In this document: positions 1-9,625 of the stretch, one piece after another
How positions within the stretch are numbered: the first letter of the stretch is position 1
Layout of the letters: each line of letters begins with the position of its first letter
From: Candidatus Latescibacterota bacterium
Lineage (GTDB): Bacteria > Latescibacterota > UBA2968 > UBA8231
Direction of reading: 5' to 3'
Length of the DNA stretch: 64,000 bases
Assembly: GCA_965197905.1 (NCBI GenBank)
Contig: CBDAOB010000005.1
Location: 1,728,001 to 1,792,000, forward strand
Position numbers and translations under genes: made by a program
The notes under the pieces: model-generated
The model's database searches: none
Seen by the model: the letters and a program-made list of their open reading frames with translations, nothing else
Told to the model about the DNA's origin: nothing

Positions 1-28
1 CCCGCAGTCTCTTTCTCCACTTCTGCAT
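1..28 (-). CDS. Probable antitoxin (HTH) N-terminus, runs off window
   Basis: ATG 3 nt after the toxin stop (MQKWRKRLR...). Position only; too short to identify. Confidence 0.3.
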
Positions 29-31
29 CTC

Positions 32-402
32 TTACCCCCGTAAAAGGTGTTCCTTCATGATGGCTTTTGCCCGATCAAGCTCTGTTCTCGGCCACTTGTC
101 CAGTTTCTTCTTGAAACCGTGGGTCAGATACCAGACGCGCCCCTGTTGGAATGCGCCAATACGCACTTGGTAACGCTTGAACTCCCAGATTCCTCCTTCG
201 ACTTTTTGAAACTTCTCTCGGTTGTGGATTTTCCGATCCGAGCCATGGCAACAAAAGAACGATCGAGCGCGGCCAGATCCCTGTCATCGACCTCCGTCTC
301 CAGAAAATCCCTGGCTGGGCTCTTGCCATTCGGCCTGATAGCGTAGGCGATGATTCGCTTCTGGCCGCGCTCGACAATTGTATCATCGGTCGGCTCACTC
401 AT
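32..402 (-). pseudogene. Type II TA toxin, RelE/ParE (Gp49-like) family, one frameshift
   Basis: N-term IAYAIRPNGKSPARDFLE. Adding one A in the A4 run (229-232) gives ...GKIHNREKFQKVEGGIWEFKRYQVRIGAFQQGRVWYLTHGFKKKLDKWPRTELDRAKAIMKEHLLRG*, with the typical WEFK and THGFxKK motifs. Confidence 0.8.
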
Positions 403-407
403 GCACT

Positions 408-446
408 TTAACCTATAGGTTAATGGACGAACAGGCAAAATGTCAA
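408..446 (-). promoter_or_regulatory. TA promoter with operator palindrome
   Basis: TTGACA (441-446, minus strand) and perfect 16-bp palindrome TTAACCTATAGGTTAA (408-423) over the -10 region, 5 nt from the toxin ATG. Confidence 0.7.
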
Positions 447-626
447 TGGGGTTCTGTGTACGTGCCAGCTCTTTTTACACGGACCCCCTGATTCTCTCTA
501 CCTTACTTTTCCCTTGAACTTCTCGCAGAGATAGGTCTCCAGCTGGCGTCTAGGGCCGAAGGGATGCAGGGAAAATCTCACCCGGCCCGTATTTCATACT
601 GACGCACCACCACATCGTTTAGGGCC

Positions 627-1273
627 ATCTCTGCGGTGCAACTGCAACGGCAACTCGGTCTCAGGCGCTACGAAACAGCGTGGGGACTCCTGCAGAAGTT
701 GCGACGAGCCATGGTTCGACCTGAGCGGGACCGCATCTCCGGCGAGGTGGAGGTCGATGAGACCTATGTGGGTGGGGTCGAAGTCGGGCGCCGAGGTGGG
801 CGGGTGCGCGACAGTACCAAGACGATCGTGGTCGGTGCCGTCGAGATCCGCGGCCAGGGATCCGGTCGAGTCCGGCTCAGTGTCATCGAGGATCTGTCCG
901 CCGCCTCGCTGGTCGGATTCCTCGAACAATCCGTGGCTCCCTGCAGTGTCGTGCATACCGACGGCTGGGGCGGCTACCGCCCCCTCGCCAACAAGGGCTA
1001 TGACCACCGGCGCGAGACGCAAGGACATGCGAAGAACGCTGTCAAGCTCTTCCCCCGCGTGCACAGGGTGTTCTCGAACCTCAAAACGTGGTTGGCGGGA
1101 ACGCACCACGGGGTGGGCGAGCAGCACCTGCAACATTATCTCAACGAGTATGTGTTTCGTTTCAACCGGCGACGCGCTCCGATGGCAGCCTTTCAGTCGC
1201 TCCTCGGACTCGCCAGCCAGCACCAACCGACCACCTGCCACATGTTGTATGATGGTGAGTCAACCGGATAAGC
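627..1273 (+). mobile_element. IS1595-family (ISXO2-like DDE) transposase, 5'-truncated; ORF 636-1271
   Basis: Motifs GEVEVDETYVGG, HTDGWGGY, LAGTHHGV and HLQHYLNEYVFRFNRR. The N-terminal zinc ribbon is missing. Confidence 0.9.
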
Positions 1274-1353
1274 AGAAAGGCTGTTAAACAACGCGGGATG
1301 TAAAACGGAGAATCGGAGAATCCGTAAACGAAAACTTGGGGTGGGCGCGCGCA

Positions 1354-2290
1354 ACCTTCGAGGTTTTCGATGATCTCTTCGGCGAGGTCGTCGGGCTCGG
1401 GCAGGTTGTCCATGTCCGTCAGGCTCTTGTCCTTGAGCCAGAAGACGTCGAGGCTCGTCTTGACACGCGCTATGAGCTCCTCATAGCTGTAGCTGCGCCA
1501 ACGGCCTTCCGGTGTGTCCTTCTCGTCCCAGGTTGCCTTGCGCTTGTGCCGGTTCTGCGGGTTGTAGCAGCTGACGAAATCCGACAGGTCATCGAAGCGC
1601 ATCGGTTTCTTCTTCAGCGTGTGGTGAATATTGGTGCGGTAGTCGTAGTACCAGACCTGCTTTGTCCAGGGATTCGGACTGGCTTCGTGGTTATCGAAGA
1701 AGATCACATTGGCCTTGACCCCTTGCGCGTAGAACACGCCAGTCGGAAGGCGCAGGATAGTATGCAGGTCAGTGTTGTCCAGCAGCTTCTTGCGGATCGT
1801 CTCACCGGCCCCGCCTTCAAACAGCACGTTGTCCGGTACGACGACGGCAGCGCGGCCAGTGGTCTTGAGCATCGTGCGAATGTGCTGCACGAAATTGAGC
1901 TGTTTGTTTGACGTCGTCGCCCAGAAATCCTGCCGGTTGTAGGTCAGGTCGTCCTTGTCCTGTTCGCCCTCCTCGTTCGTGAAGCTAATGGAACTCTTCC
2001 TGCCGAAAGGCGGGTTCGCGAGCACATGGTCAAAGCGCTTGTCGGCATCGGCCACAAGCGAGTCATTCGGCGATATGGGTGCACCGCCCTCGATCTCAAC
2101 AGGAACATGTTCATCAGGCACAGACGGCGCGTGTTGGCGACGATCTCGTTGCCATGAAACGCCTCGTGCTTCAGGAGGCCTTCTGCCTCTTGTCGAGCTT
2201 GAAGTTTTTCGGGTCGGTGATGAAGTCGTAAGCAGCCAGAAAGAAGCCGCCCGTCCCGCAGGCCGGGTCGGCGATGACTTTGCCGGGTTC
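1354..2290 (-). pseudogene. hsdM: Type I R-M methyltransferase subunit fragment
   Basis: DPACGTGGF (about 2245-2270), NPPF, QLNFVQHI, GRAAVVVPDNVLF and LRLPTGVFYAQGVKANV. Frameshifts near 2175 and 2100; both termini missing. Confidence 0.88.
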
Positions 2291-2310
2291 GCGATAAATT
2301 TGAATGCGTC

Positions 2311-2581
2311 TCAATATCGATGTTTGGCCCACAATTCCATAGTTGTGGAAGGAATCTGAGAAACGAACGTGTCTTTTATGTAGTAGTCACCCCTCATCCC
2401 GTCGAGCGGGTAGTTGTTTCTGTTTCCATGAGCTTTATGGAGAAAAGCATCAAAAACGCAAGGACTTTCCTGACCCGTTTGGTCCGACCAGGACAATGAG
2501 TCGAGCATTCTCAGGGATGTCCTTGATCAGCAGTTTGGTGAATCGTCGGAAATTGACGAGCTGAACGCTCTTAATCTTCAT
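2311..2581 (-). pseudogene. ABC/AAA ATPase (AAA_15/AAA_21, OLD-like) N-terminal fragment
   Basis: MKIKSVQLVNFRRF...IVLVGPNGSGKS (Walker A), then a frameshift near 2460 into CVFDAFL. Truncated. Confidence 0.75.
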
Positions 2582-2593
2582 CTCTTAAATTTC

Positions 2594-4850
2594 CTAACTC
2601 TCCTCAAATCCGTGCGACTTGAAGCGCAGGGTCTGGCAGTTCTCGTTGATCACGCGCTGCACGTCGTCAGACACACCCTCGGGCACCTCGGCCTCAATCT
2701 CTACCGTTACCTTGACCTTGCCTCCACGTAGCGTCGTCAGGTATTGTAAGACCTCTTCCGCCACTTGGCCCATGTCACGACCAGCTCGGTCGGGATCGAC
2801 CTCGACGGTGCCAAAAAAGCGGCGTGGCGGACGTGTCTCCGCTGGCTCTTCCCCCGGCCCGGGGATACCGGGTTCTGGACGTGCCCCGGGTCCTGCGCAA
2901 GGTTCCTCACCGGACGCCCCAGGGTCCGGCCGTTCGGCCTCAATTTGCGCCCGGGCCATATCCGGTTTGACGAGCACGCTCGCCGCATCGACGTAGATGG
3001 CGGCTGCCGGGGTGCCGAGCTTCAATCCTTCGTAACGGCCCTCGGTAGACACGCTCGTCGCGTGGCCGAAATAGTCGCCACTGGCTATGCCTTCCTGGAT
3101 CGCTTCGACGAACACCGCCTGATCGCGTAGCCTCGGGAGATAGCAATAGGCGCACAGCGCATCCCATACCTTCTTCACTGACACGTGGTCCTGGTCCTTC
3201 CAGAACCATCGATCCAGTTCCATTTTGAGCAGCGCCGGGGACCACTTGACGATTAGGTGTTCACTTGCGCGCATGCGTTGCGAAGCCCTGGATACAATGG
3301 ATGCGCCATTTCCGGTCGCTTGCGCCACATCCCACTCGAGCGAGCCGACGTTACCGTTTGCGATATGCTGGGTCGGCACGAGCAGCCACCGATAGGCCTC
3401 GTTGAACCGGAGATGAACAGTCTTGTCGCTATCCTTTTCGCCTTCCTCCGCTTCGCGTCGTTGGTGGGTGTCGAGGTTCAACGCATCTCTATCGCGGACC
3501 ACGGACTGCCAGGCGAGAAAGCGCCGTGCCTCCTGCTTCAGGCCCTCCATCACCTCGCGATCAGGCGCGAGAAATCCGAGCGTGTTGCGATTCTGCCGTG
3601 GACCTGCGTTACGGTTGGTGAGAGTCTCAGTTACGGCCGACATCGCCGCGCTCTCCGGATCGTTACCCTTGTGCGTTTCCGAAGGCCGAAGGACTACTAA
3701 CCGAGCCTCCTGCTCATCGGGCACATCGCCCGACGATGCCGGACAAGCGTGCACACCTTTGAAGTCACCGCGCTCACGGCGCGTCGCATCACGGACCCGC
3801 CGCTCAATCTCGCTTTCAACCTGATCATTCGAGAACTGCTGAGCGCGTTCCTCGACCGTCCGCCGCAGGTTCGGTCGCGTGTCATACCAGTAGCGGCGAT
3901 CGTTGCGATAGAGGTAAGTCAGCCGATCTGAGAGCTGCGACAAGGCATCGTTAAAGACCGAGACCTGCTCGCCGGGTTGCACGACAGCGAGGCGTATACG
4001 CACATCCTCAACGCCGCGCACCTGTTGTTGGACGACGTGCGGCGCGCTGCCGAGGAAGATCGTCCGGGCCACCCGACGCCCTGCCGTGTCTTGGCCGAAA
4101 CGCGGGTTTTCTGAGTCGACGCGCATCGGGCCCGAATTGCGACCGTCAACGTCACTCTCCAGAACGGACGTCCAGCCTTCGGGCAGGTAGCGGGTCAACT
4201 CCTCCCGCACGGCCACTGCGCCGAGGCCAAGCGAGCCTGGCATGATTACCAAGCTCGCGTCGTTGCGCACCCAGAGATCGTGGATCACGGCCGCCATCAG
4301 CCGCAGAACACCTCGAGTTCGTTGGAACCGCTCCAGCGTTGCCCAGTCGTTGTAAAGCCGATCGAAGACCTCGGGATGGATCGGATAGCAGGCCTTCATC
4401 CGTTCGAGGTAACGGGTCTCCCGACATTCTATTGGAAATTCGCTGCCGGCATCGCGATAGAGTGCGCTGAATGCGCGGCACACGTCGTCGCGCGCGGCTT
4501 CGTCCTCGAGCGGCAGAAACAGCCGGCGGCGCACGATTTCGAAGCCCTCTTCAGAGCCAACAGGCTTCCAGATCGCCTCCATCCGACCGAAGGTGTGCTC
4601 GATACGGGCCAGCGTGTCCTGCCCCGCCTGACCGCCGATTTCAATGTCCGACGACGGAATCGTCGCGACCAGCGCCGTGTTCTTGCTGGCGCGCACCGCC
4701 TCGGTCAGTTCCTGGATAAAGGTCTGTACCGCATCAAAGCTGCCCGCCGGAAGCCCTTCGACGCCGTAGATCTTGCGAGCATAGGCGACGAGCTCGTCGA
4801 TCAGAATCAGGCAGGGGCCGCAGGCGTCGAACAGCTCGTCTATCGGGTGG
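2594..4850 (-). pseudogene. DUF499-family ATPase, N-terminally truncated
   Basis: LILIDELVAYAR (Walker B), FEIVRRRLF, CYPIHPEVFDRLY, FQRTRGVLRL and C-term ENCQTLRF. Walker A region absent. Confidence 0.85.
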
Positions 4851-4855
4851 ATTGG

Positions 4856-5000
4856 CGTCATCAGCCTGTTTGAAGGCGTAGTAGACCGTTAGGGGAAACC
4901 TTTCGTCCAAAGATTCTCTAAGTCTCGTAAACGCACTTTGAAATCCGCTTTCAAAGCTATTTCTTGCGAGGACTCTATCGCCATCAAATCGTTCCGAGGT
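4856..5000 (-). pseudogene. DUF1156-family adenine methylase internal fragment
   Basis: RFDGD...FESGFQSAFTRLRESLDERFPLTVYYAFKQ resembles the PLTVYYAFKQ segment of DUF1156 proteins, which normally neighbour DUF499 genes. Confidence 0.65.
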
Positions 5001-5183
5001 TCCCTTCCAACAGTTCCACACCCCGTTGGCTTCCCGAGGAGGAAAGAGCCTATCGTATTTCTCACCGGGTCGGTAGAACCTCCCCGGGTCCACCGCCAGA
5101 GGCGGGGGGCTTAGACCAATACTAAGGGGGGTATAAAAAGGATTCGGCCAATTTGGCCGTTTTGACTCAGAGCAGTTTCCGTG

Positions 5184-5200
5184 CTGACATAATACTGACA
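5184..5200. repeat. CTGACA direct repeat, 11-bp period (possible integrase arm site)
   Basis: CTGACA at 5184-5189 and 5195-5200, about 50 bp from the tRNA-Lys 3' end. Confidence 0.45.
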
Positions 5201-5250
5201 CAGCCTCACCCGCCGACCTGCGAGTGAGTCCGTAAGTTGTTGTTTTTTAT

Positions 5251-5326
<76 letters not shown>

Positions 5327-5537
5327 ACCCCATCTCTGGAATAAATTTTTCCCTGTTTCTTCTGTAGCACTGGAAGTAGGGTATTTCCATGTGCTTCAAT
5401 GTGCTCCAAGTCGGGGGGCGGCTTGGGCACACGCCCGTCGTCAGCACCGCGGGACGAGAACAAAGAATAAGTGACAGGCCGAAAGACGCGCAAGAGAACT
5501 CGTTGACCTGATCTATCGGGAGGATTGGAGTCCCTCA

Positions 5538-5894
5538 ATGAACTCGATTGGAAACCCAAGCCCATCGCCGGAACAGTCGCAGTTTCATCCGACACGAGCA
5601 TTTGCCGAAATACTGCACCTGGAGCGAGCGAACAAGAAAGGGAGCGCCTGCGAATTCTTTGCGAGCAGTTCGGATCGTTGCCGAGGCGTGACAGCTTCGG
5701 CAATCAAGTCGTGGTTGGCTAAGCGCGAAGCCGAAGGACTCAGCATCGCCAGCAGAACCGCTATTTGGCGGTATTTAGAGCGACTCGCCTCCTCGTGCGC
5801 CGCACACCTCCCAATGATCTTACCGCTTCCCCTATGGCGTTCGATCAAGCTGTATTGCGCTGGTGGTCCAGCTCAAGCGGCATGCCTGCGGTAA
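5538..5894 (+). CDS. Hypothetical protein
   Basis: GGAG upstream of ATG. No recognisable motif; overlaps the 3' end of the next gene. Confidence 0.2.
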   Translation: MNSIGNPSPSPEQSQFHPTRAFAEILHLERANKKGSACEFFASSSDRCRGVTASAIKSWLAKREAEGLSIASRTAIWRYLERLASSCAAHLPMILPLPLWRSIKLYCAGGPAQAACLR

Positions 5895-6693
5895 TGTCGT
5901 GCGATCCGGCCGTGACCGGCCAAGCCGCGCCGCCCTCAAAAACCCAGTCTTCCCGGCCACACAGCCACAGGAACAAACGCGCAACGCGGACGGAGTCGTG
6001 CCATTTCTCGGGCATTTGGCGGCCTGTGCTGAAGTCGATCTTGGTGAAATCGCACTGGGGATCGGCAACCCAGTCGCGCCTGGGCGCGACCGTGCGGCGG
6101 TAGTTGTATTTGAGCAGGTTGCGGATGCCGGCGGCCGTGGAGCGGGTAGCGCGATGCCACATCGAGTAGTGAGTGATAAAGATCGAGCCGGCCGGCGCCA
6201 CCGTCTGTACAGCCTGGCGAATGCTGCCGTATTGGGTCATGTAGCGACGCTTGATACGCAGAAAGTGAGAGCTGGGCACGATCTCTGTAGGTCCCAGCTC
6301 CGCGGGCGTATCCTGCGGGTAGTAGAACACCTGCAGGCTGTCGAGCCGCGTTGAATCGACCGCCCCACCGTCGCGGTGCCAGCCACCGCCTTCAGCAGCG
6401 TGCGGGCACTGGACTCGGTGGTTGGACATCATCATGGGCAGTTTGACGTCTTTGCCCAGGAGCGAGCGCACCGCCCCCGCCGCCTGGGGGTTCTTGACGA
6501 CGTTGTCGACGAACCACTCCTCACCCAGGATCGCATTCGGCTCCATCTGGGGCTGCCTGTCGACGAATTCCGTGGTTTGGCGGTTGACATCATCGGGGAC
6601 TACGGCTTCGAGCATCATGAAGCCATGCTTGCAGAATTCAATCACCTGCTGGTCGGTCAGGGTCGGTTCGCAATCGTATATCTCTCCTCGCAT
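5845..6693 (-). CDS. Phytanoyl-CoA dioxygenase (PhyH) family Fe/2OG protein
   Basis: WHRDG (HxD), YYPQD, GPTEIVPSSH and distal MWHRA. Confidence 0.88.
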   Translation of the reverse strand: MRGEIYDCEPTLTDQQVIEFCKHGFMMLEAVVPDDVNRQTTEFVDRQPQMEPNAILGEEWFVDNVVKNPQAAGAVRSLLGKDVKLPMMMSNHRVQCPHAAEGGGWHRDGGAVDSTRLDSLQVFYYPQDTPAELGPTEIVPSSHFLRIKRRYMTQYGSIRQAVQTVAPAGSIFITHYSMWHRATRSTAAGIRNLLKYNYRRTVAPRRDWVADPQCDFTKIDFSTGRQMPEKWHDSVRVARLFLWLCGREDWVFEGGAAWPVTAGSHDITAGMPLELDHQRNTA

Positions 6694-6713
6694 AATCTGT
6701 CCTTTCCGTGAAT

Positions 6714-7076
6714 CTATTTCTCGAGGATAAATTCGCAGCCGAGCCCGTAAGCCTCTTCTTCTCCGGCCACCATCAGCGCCATCTCTGGAAATTTGACGAT
6801 GCGCCAGCCGTCGCGCAGGGCGTCGAGCACAGTCTCATAGACCCACGCTCCGGTTTCGTCGACGCCGTCGTGCTGGCCGTCGGCATCAAATCGCGACATG
6901 CCACAGACCCGCGAGGTGATAGTGGTGGTGCCAGCCTGGAGATAGAGTAGCTGGGGCGTTGAAGCTGCGAGTTGGGCGTCCGCACTCTCGAGAGCTTGCT
7001 GCAGGTCGCCCTCGCTCAGCTCTCCGGCGCGGAACTTATCGAGACACTTCTCCAATTGTCGCTTTACTGATTCCAT
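6714..7076 (-). CDS. Hypothetical protein, co-transcribed with PhyH gene
   Basis: 120-aa ORF ending 20 nt upstream of the PhyH gene on the same strand; motif YETVLDALRDGWRIVKFP. Confidence 0.7.
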   Translation of the reverse strand: MESVKRQLEKCLDKFRAGELSEGDLQQALESADAQLAASTPQLLYLQAGTTTITSRVCGMSRFDADGQHDGVDETGAWVYETVLDALRDGWRIVKFPEMALMVAGEEEAYGLGCEFILEK

Positions 7077-7324
7077 GATATAATCTAATCTTTTCCAGAG
7101 GTTAAGGTTATACGCGCGCGAAGTTCGAGGCCGCTTTCACCGTCAGGTGGACGTAGGCTGATAAACGCTATTATCGTTCGTTGCGGCAAGCGTCTCTACG
7201 TTTGTTCCTCGGAGTTTTCGGGGTAGGTTTGATGGGCATGTAGGAGACCGCCCTGGGACCGGCCGAGAAAGCGATGGCGAACTGCTACGATAACGCGTTT
7301 TTTCCTTTCTATTAGCGCCCGAAT

Positions 7325-7333
7325 TGTTATAAT
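7325..7333 (+). promoter_or_regulatory. Extended -10 promoter element
   Basis: TGTTATAAT in an AT-rich intergenic region about 200 nt upstream of the 7537 ATG. Confidence 0.5.
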
Positions 7334-7536
7334 ATAGTTGTGTATCTGGCCGATTGAGGGTCTCACCTTGCGGCCATGTTGTTCTTTGAAACTCGTAAGT
7401 GGATTTTAAAACAACGACTTAACTTTAAATTGTTCAGAGAGGAGGTGAGTTCCGAGCCCAAGCGAAAGGGTATGGATCGAAGTTAATTAGTAGTTCTAAT
7501 TTTAATCCGGCGATCCGGATAAAAGGAGGAAGAAGG

Positions 7537-9444
7537 ATGTACAAGTTAAGCTCTAGTTTGATTGGCCTGGGCCTGACCCTGCTGATGGCGAGCGGGCTGT
7601 GCGCCCAGAGGTATCATCCAATCGGCAGCGCCGCTTCGGAGATAGAGCACACCCTACCGTCACCGAGCGCGGGCGCGGCCTGGAGGGAGGCTGGTGGAGT
7701 AGAAGCCACTCCTACAAGGTCCGGGTTTCCCATACCTCTGGTAATTACCCCCCAGAACGCGCCCTGGAACGGGTCAGGTTCGGTGAACATAAACTTCAGG
7801 ATGAACCAGCGCGCCCGGGTTTTGTTGGCCGTGTACAGGGTAGGGTCCAACTTTACGGGGGTGACCGGGCCTCACGGCGCCTGGACCACGGTGATAGCTG
7901 GGGACGAGTACGTGAACCACCTACCGCTGGCCCCCTATGAGTCAGGGAACAATACCATTACCTGGGACGGTAATGACTGGGAGGGCAATGCGGCCGGCCC
8001 CGGCAACTACGAATTCGACCTGATCGGCTTCAACGACCTGGATGCAGGCAATATCACAATTGTAGGCCCATGGGGCGGAGCCTGGGGTCCCAATATCGTC
8101 GACACGCGCGTCGAGCCAGCAGACGTCTGGAGCCCATTTCAGGAAACGCCACCGACCCCCTACGGCCGCGGCGTGATAGGTACGGATTACATAGCCAATC
8201 CGGGCGCCATCGAGGTCTGGTCGGTCACCGCCTTCGGTCCGGACGAGGAGAGGAACCGGAGCGGCCATGTGCCCGACGACGTGAGCGTGTCGACCCACTG
8301 GACAAGCCGGCAACGGCCCAATGAGGCACTGGAGGTGCAGGGTGGGATTATCAAGCTCACGCGCAACGACGCTGCCAAGACCATGGACGTGGACGAGTCG
8401 TTCGGCGACAACGGGCTTTCCGTCAGTCGCGGGGCCACCACGTGGCACATGCGCCCCCACCAGAATACACTCTACGCCGCTTTCACTAGCGAAGACCTCC
8501 AGGTGACCGTTATCGAGAAATACGACAAAACCTCGGGCGAGCGCACTGGGGAACTGGACATGTTCGAGCACTTCCACATTCAGGCTCTCGACGAGGACGG
8601 CAATGAATTTACCCGTATCCTTGGCCCCTACGTAATGGACGTGAACGATCACGGAATCTGGGCCACATCTCACAACACAGTCAACATCGTCCACACGGAC
8701 CACGACGGCAATGTAAGATGGGTCAATGGCCTGGGCGATCAGATCTCAGACTGGGTTTCCAATGAGACCGCCGCCGAACTGGGCCTGCTGCCGAACCTGT
8801 CTGCCACGGTGGGACACGCGGCCGGCCCAACCGGGAAGATGAATTATAGTGTCGACACCCACAACAGCCTGGGCTATCAATTGACCATGATCGGCCGCGG
8901 CCCTGCGGGCCTGGCCAATGTCGAGTTCGATCCCGCGACCGGACCGTTCACCCGCGGCAACAATACCAAACACATATATATCGTAAATGAGGGCGGGAAG
9001 TACGACGGCCTTTATATAGGGGGCACCCCCCCAGACACGCACCCTGGCACTGCCGCGGGCTTCCCGGAGATGGGCTTCGCGAATCACCTCCCCTACGATC
9101 TGGTGACCGGATCAATGGGCGCCGGGGTCACCGCGGTCGAAGAGAACGGCCCGGCGAGCACGCCCGATAGCTACACCCTGAGCGACGCCTATCCCAATCC
9201 GTTCAATCCCGAGACCACCATCGAGTTCAACGTGCCCTCCGAGGGGCTCGTGAAGATCGAGGTCTACAACACGGCCGGTCAGCGTGTGACCAGCCTGGTG
9301 GATGAGGAGTTGACCGCGGGGTCCTACAAGACCACGTGGGACGCGCGCGACGAGTTTGGCGAGCCGATCGCGAGTGGGGTTTACTTCTACCGGATGCAGG
9401 CCGGCGACTTTGCCGACACGCGTTCGATGACCCTGCTGAAGTAG
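7537..9444 (+). CDS. Secreted protein with FlgD-Ig domain and C-terminal T9SS-like sorting domain
   Basis: Signal peptide; TITWDGNDWEGNAAGPGNYEF; C-term YPNPFNPETTIEF...YFYRMQAGDFADTRSMTLLK; AAGGAGG RBS. Confidence 0.88.
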   Translation: MYKLSSSLIGLGLTLLMASGLCAQRYHPIGSAASEIEHTLPSPSAGAAWREAGGVEATPTRSGFPIPLVITPQNAPWNGSGSVNINFRMNQRARVLLAVYRVGSNFTGVTGPHGAWTTVIAGDEYVNHLPLAPYESGNNTITWDGNDWEGNAAGPGNYEFDLIGFNDLDAGNITIVGPWGGAWGPNIVDTRVEPADVWSPFQETPPTPYGRGVIGTDYIANPGAIEVWSVTAFGPDEERNRSGHVPDDVSVSTHWTSRQRPNEALEVQGGIIKLTRNDAAKTMDVDESFGDNGLSVSRGATTWHMRPHQNTLYAAFTSEDLQVTVIEKYDKTSGERTGELDMFEHFHIQALDEDGNEFTRILGPYVMDVNDHGIWATSHNTVNIVHTDHDGNVRWVNGLGDQISDWVSNETAAELGLLPNLSATVGHAAGPTGKMNYSVDTHNSLGYQLTMIGRGPAGLANVEFDPATGPFTRGNNTKHIYIVNEGGKYDGLYIGGTPPDTHPGTAAGFPEMGFANHLPYDLVTGSMGAGVTAVEENGPASTPDSYTLSDAYPNPFNPETTIEFNVPSEGLVKIEVYNTAGQRVTSLVDEELTAGSYKTTWDARDEFGEPIASGVYFYRMQAGDFADTRSMTLLK

Positions 9445-9458
9445 GTCGAGCGGACATA

Positions 9459-9490
9459 GTCTCGGGCTTGTTTTAGAAGAATCCCGAGAC
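9459..9490 (+). terminator. Hairpin, probable terminator
   Basis: GTCTCGGG...CCCGAGAC just after the stop codon; U-tail weak. Confidence 0.5.
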
Positions 9491-9625
9491 GGTACATAAC
9501 TGGCTGATTTGCATGGGATGGTACGGCGTCCACGGACGCCGCCCCTCCCGTGACAGATCAGCCAGTTGTTTTGTGTCAAAGCTAGTGCCGTGTCGCGGAC
9601 TGACAGATTCCAGAATGGACGCAAT

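Larger units (their letters stand above)
1..5250. mobile_element. Decayed tRNA-Lys-anchored defence island (left end outside window)
   Basis: Lies directly 3' of tRNA-Lys (minus strand). Contains TA, IS1595, hsdM, ATPase, DUF499 and DUF1156 remnants. Short direct repeats 11 bp apart lie next to the tRNA end. Confidence 0.7.

Noticed and set aside
1277..1291. AGGCTGTTAAACAAC (and GGAACTGTTGGA near 5005-5016) as IS5/IS1182-like termini
   Set aside because: No partner inverted repeat or transposase was found, and the matches are too short to support.
1162..1353. C-terminal tail of the 319-aa hsdM ORF
   Set aside because: It is read-through past the truncation point into unrelated and IS antisense sequence.
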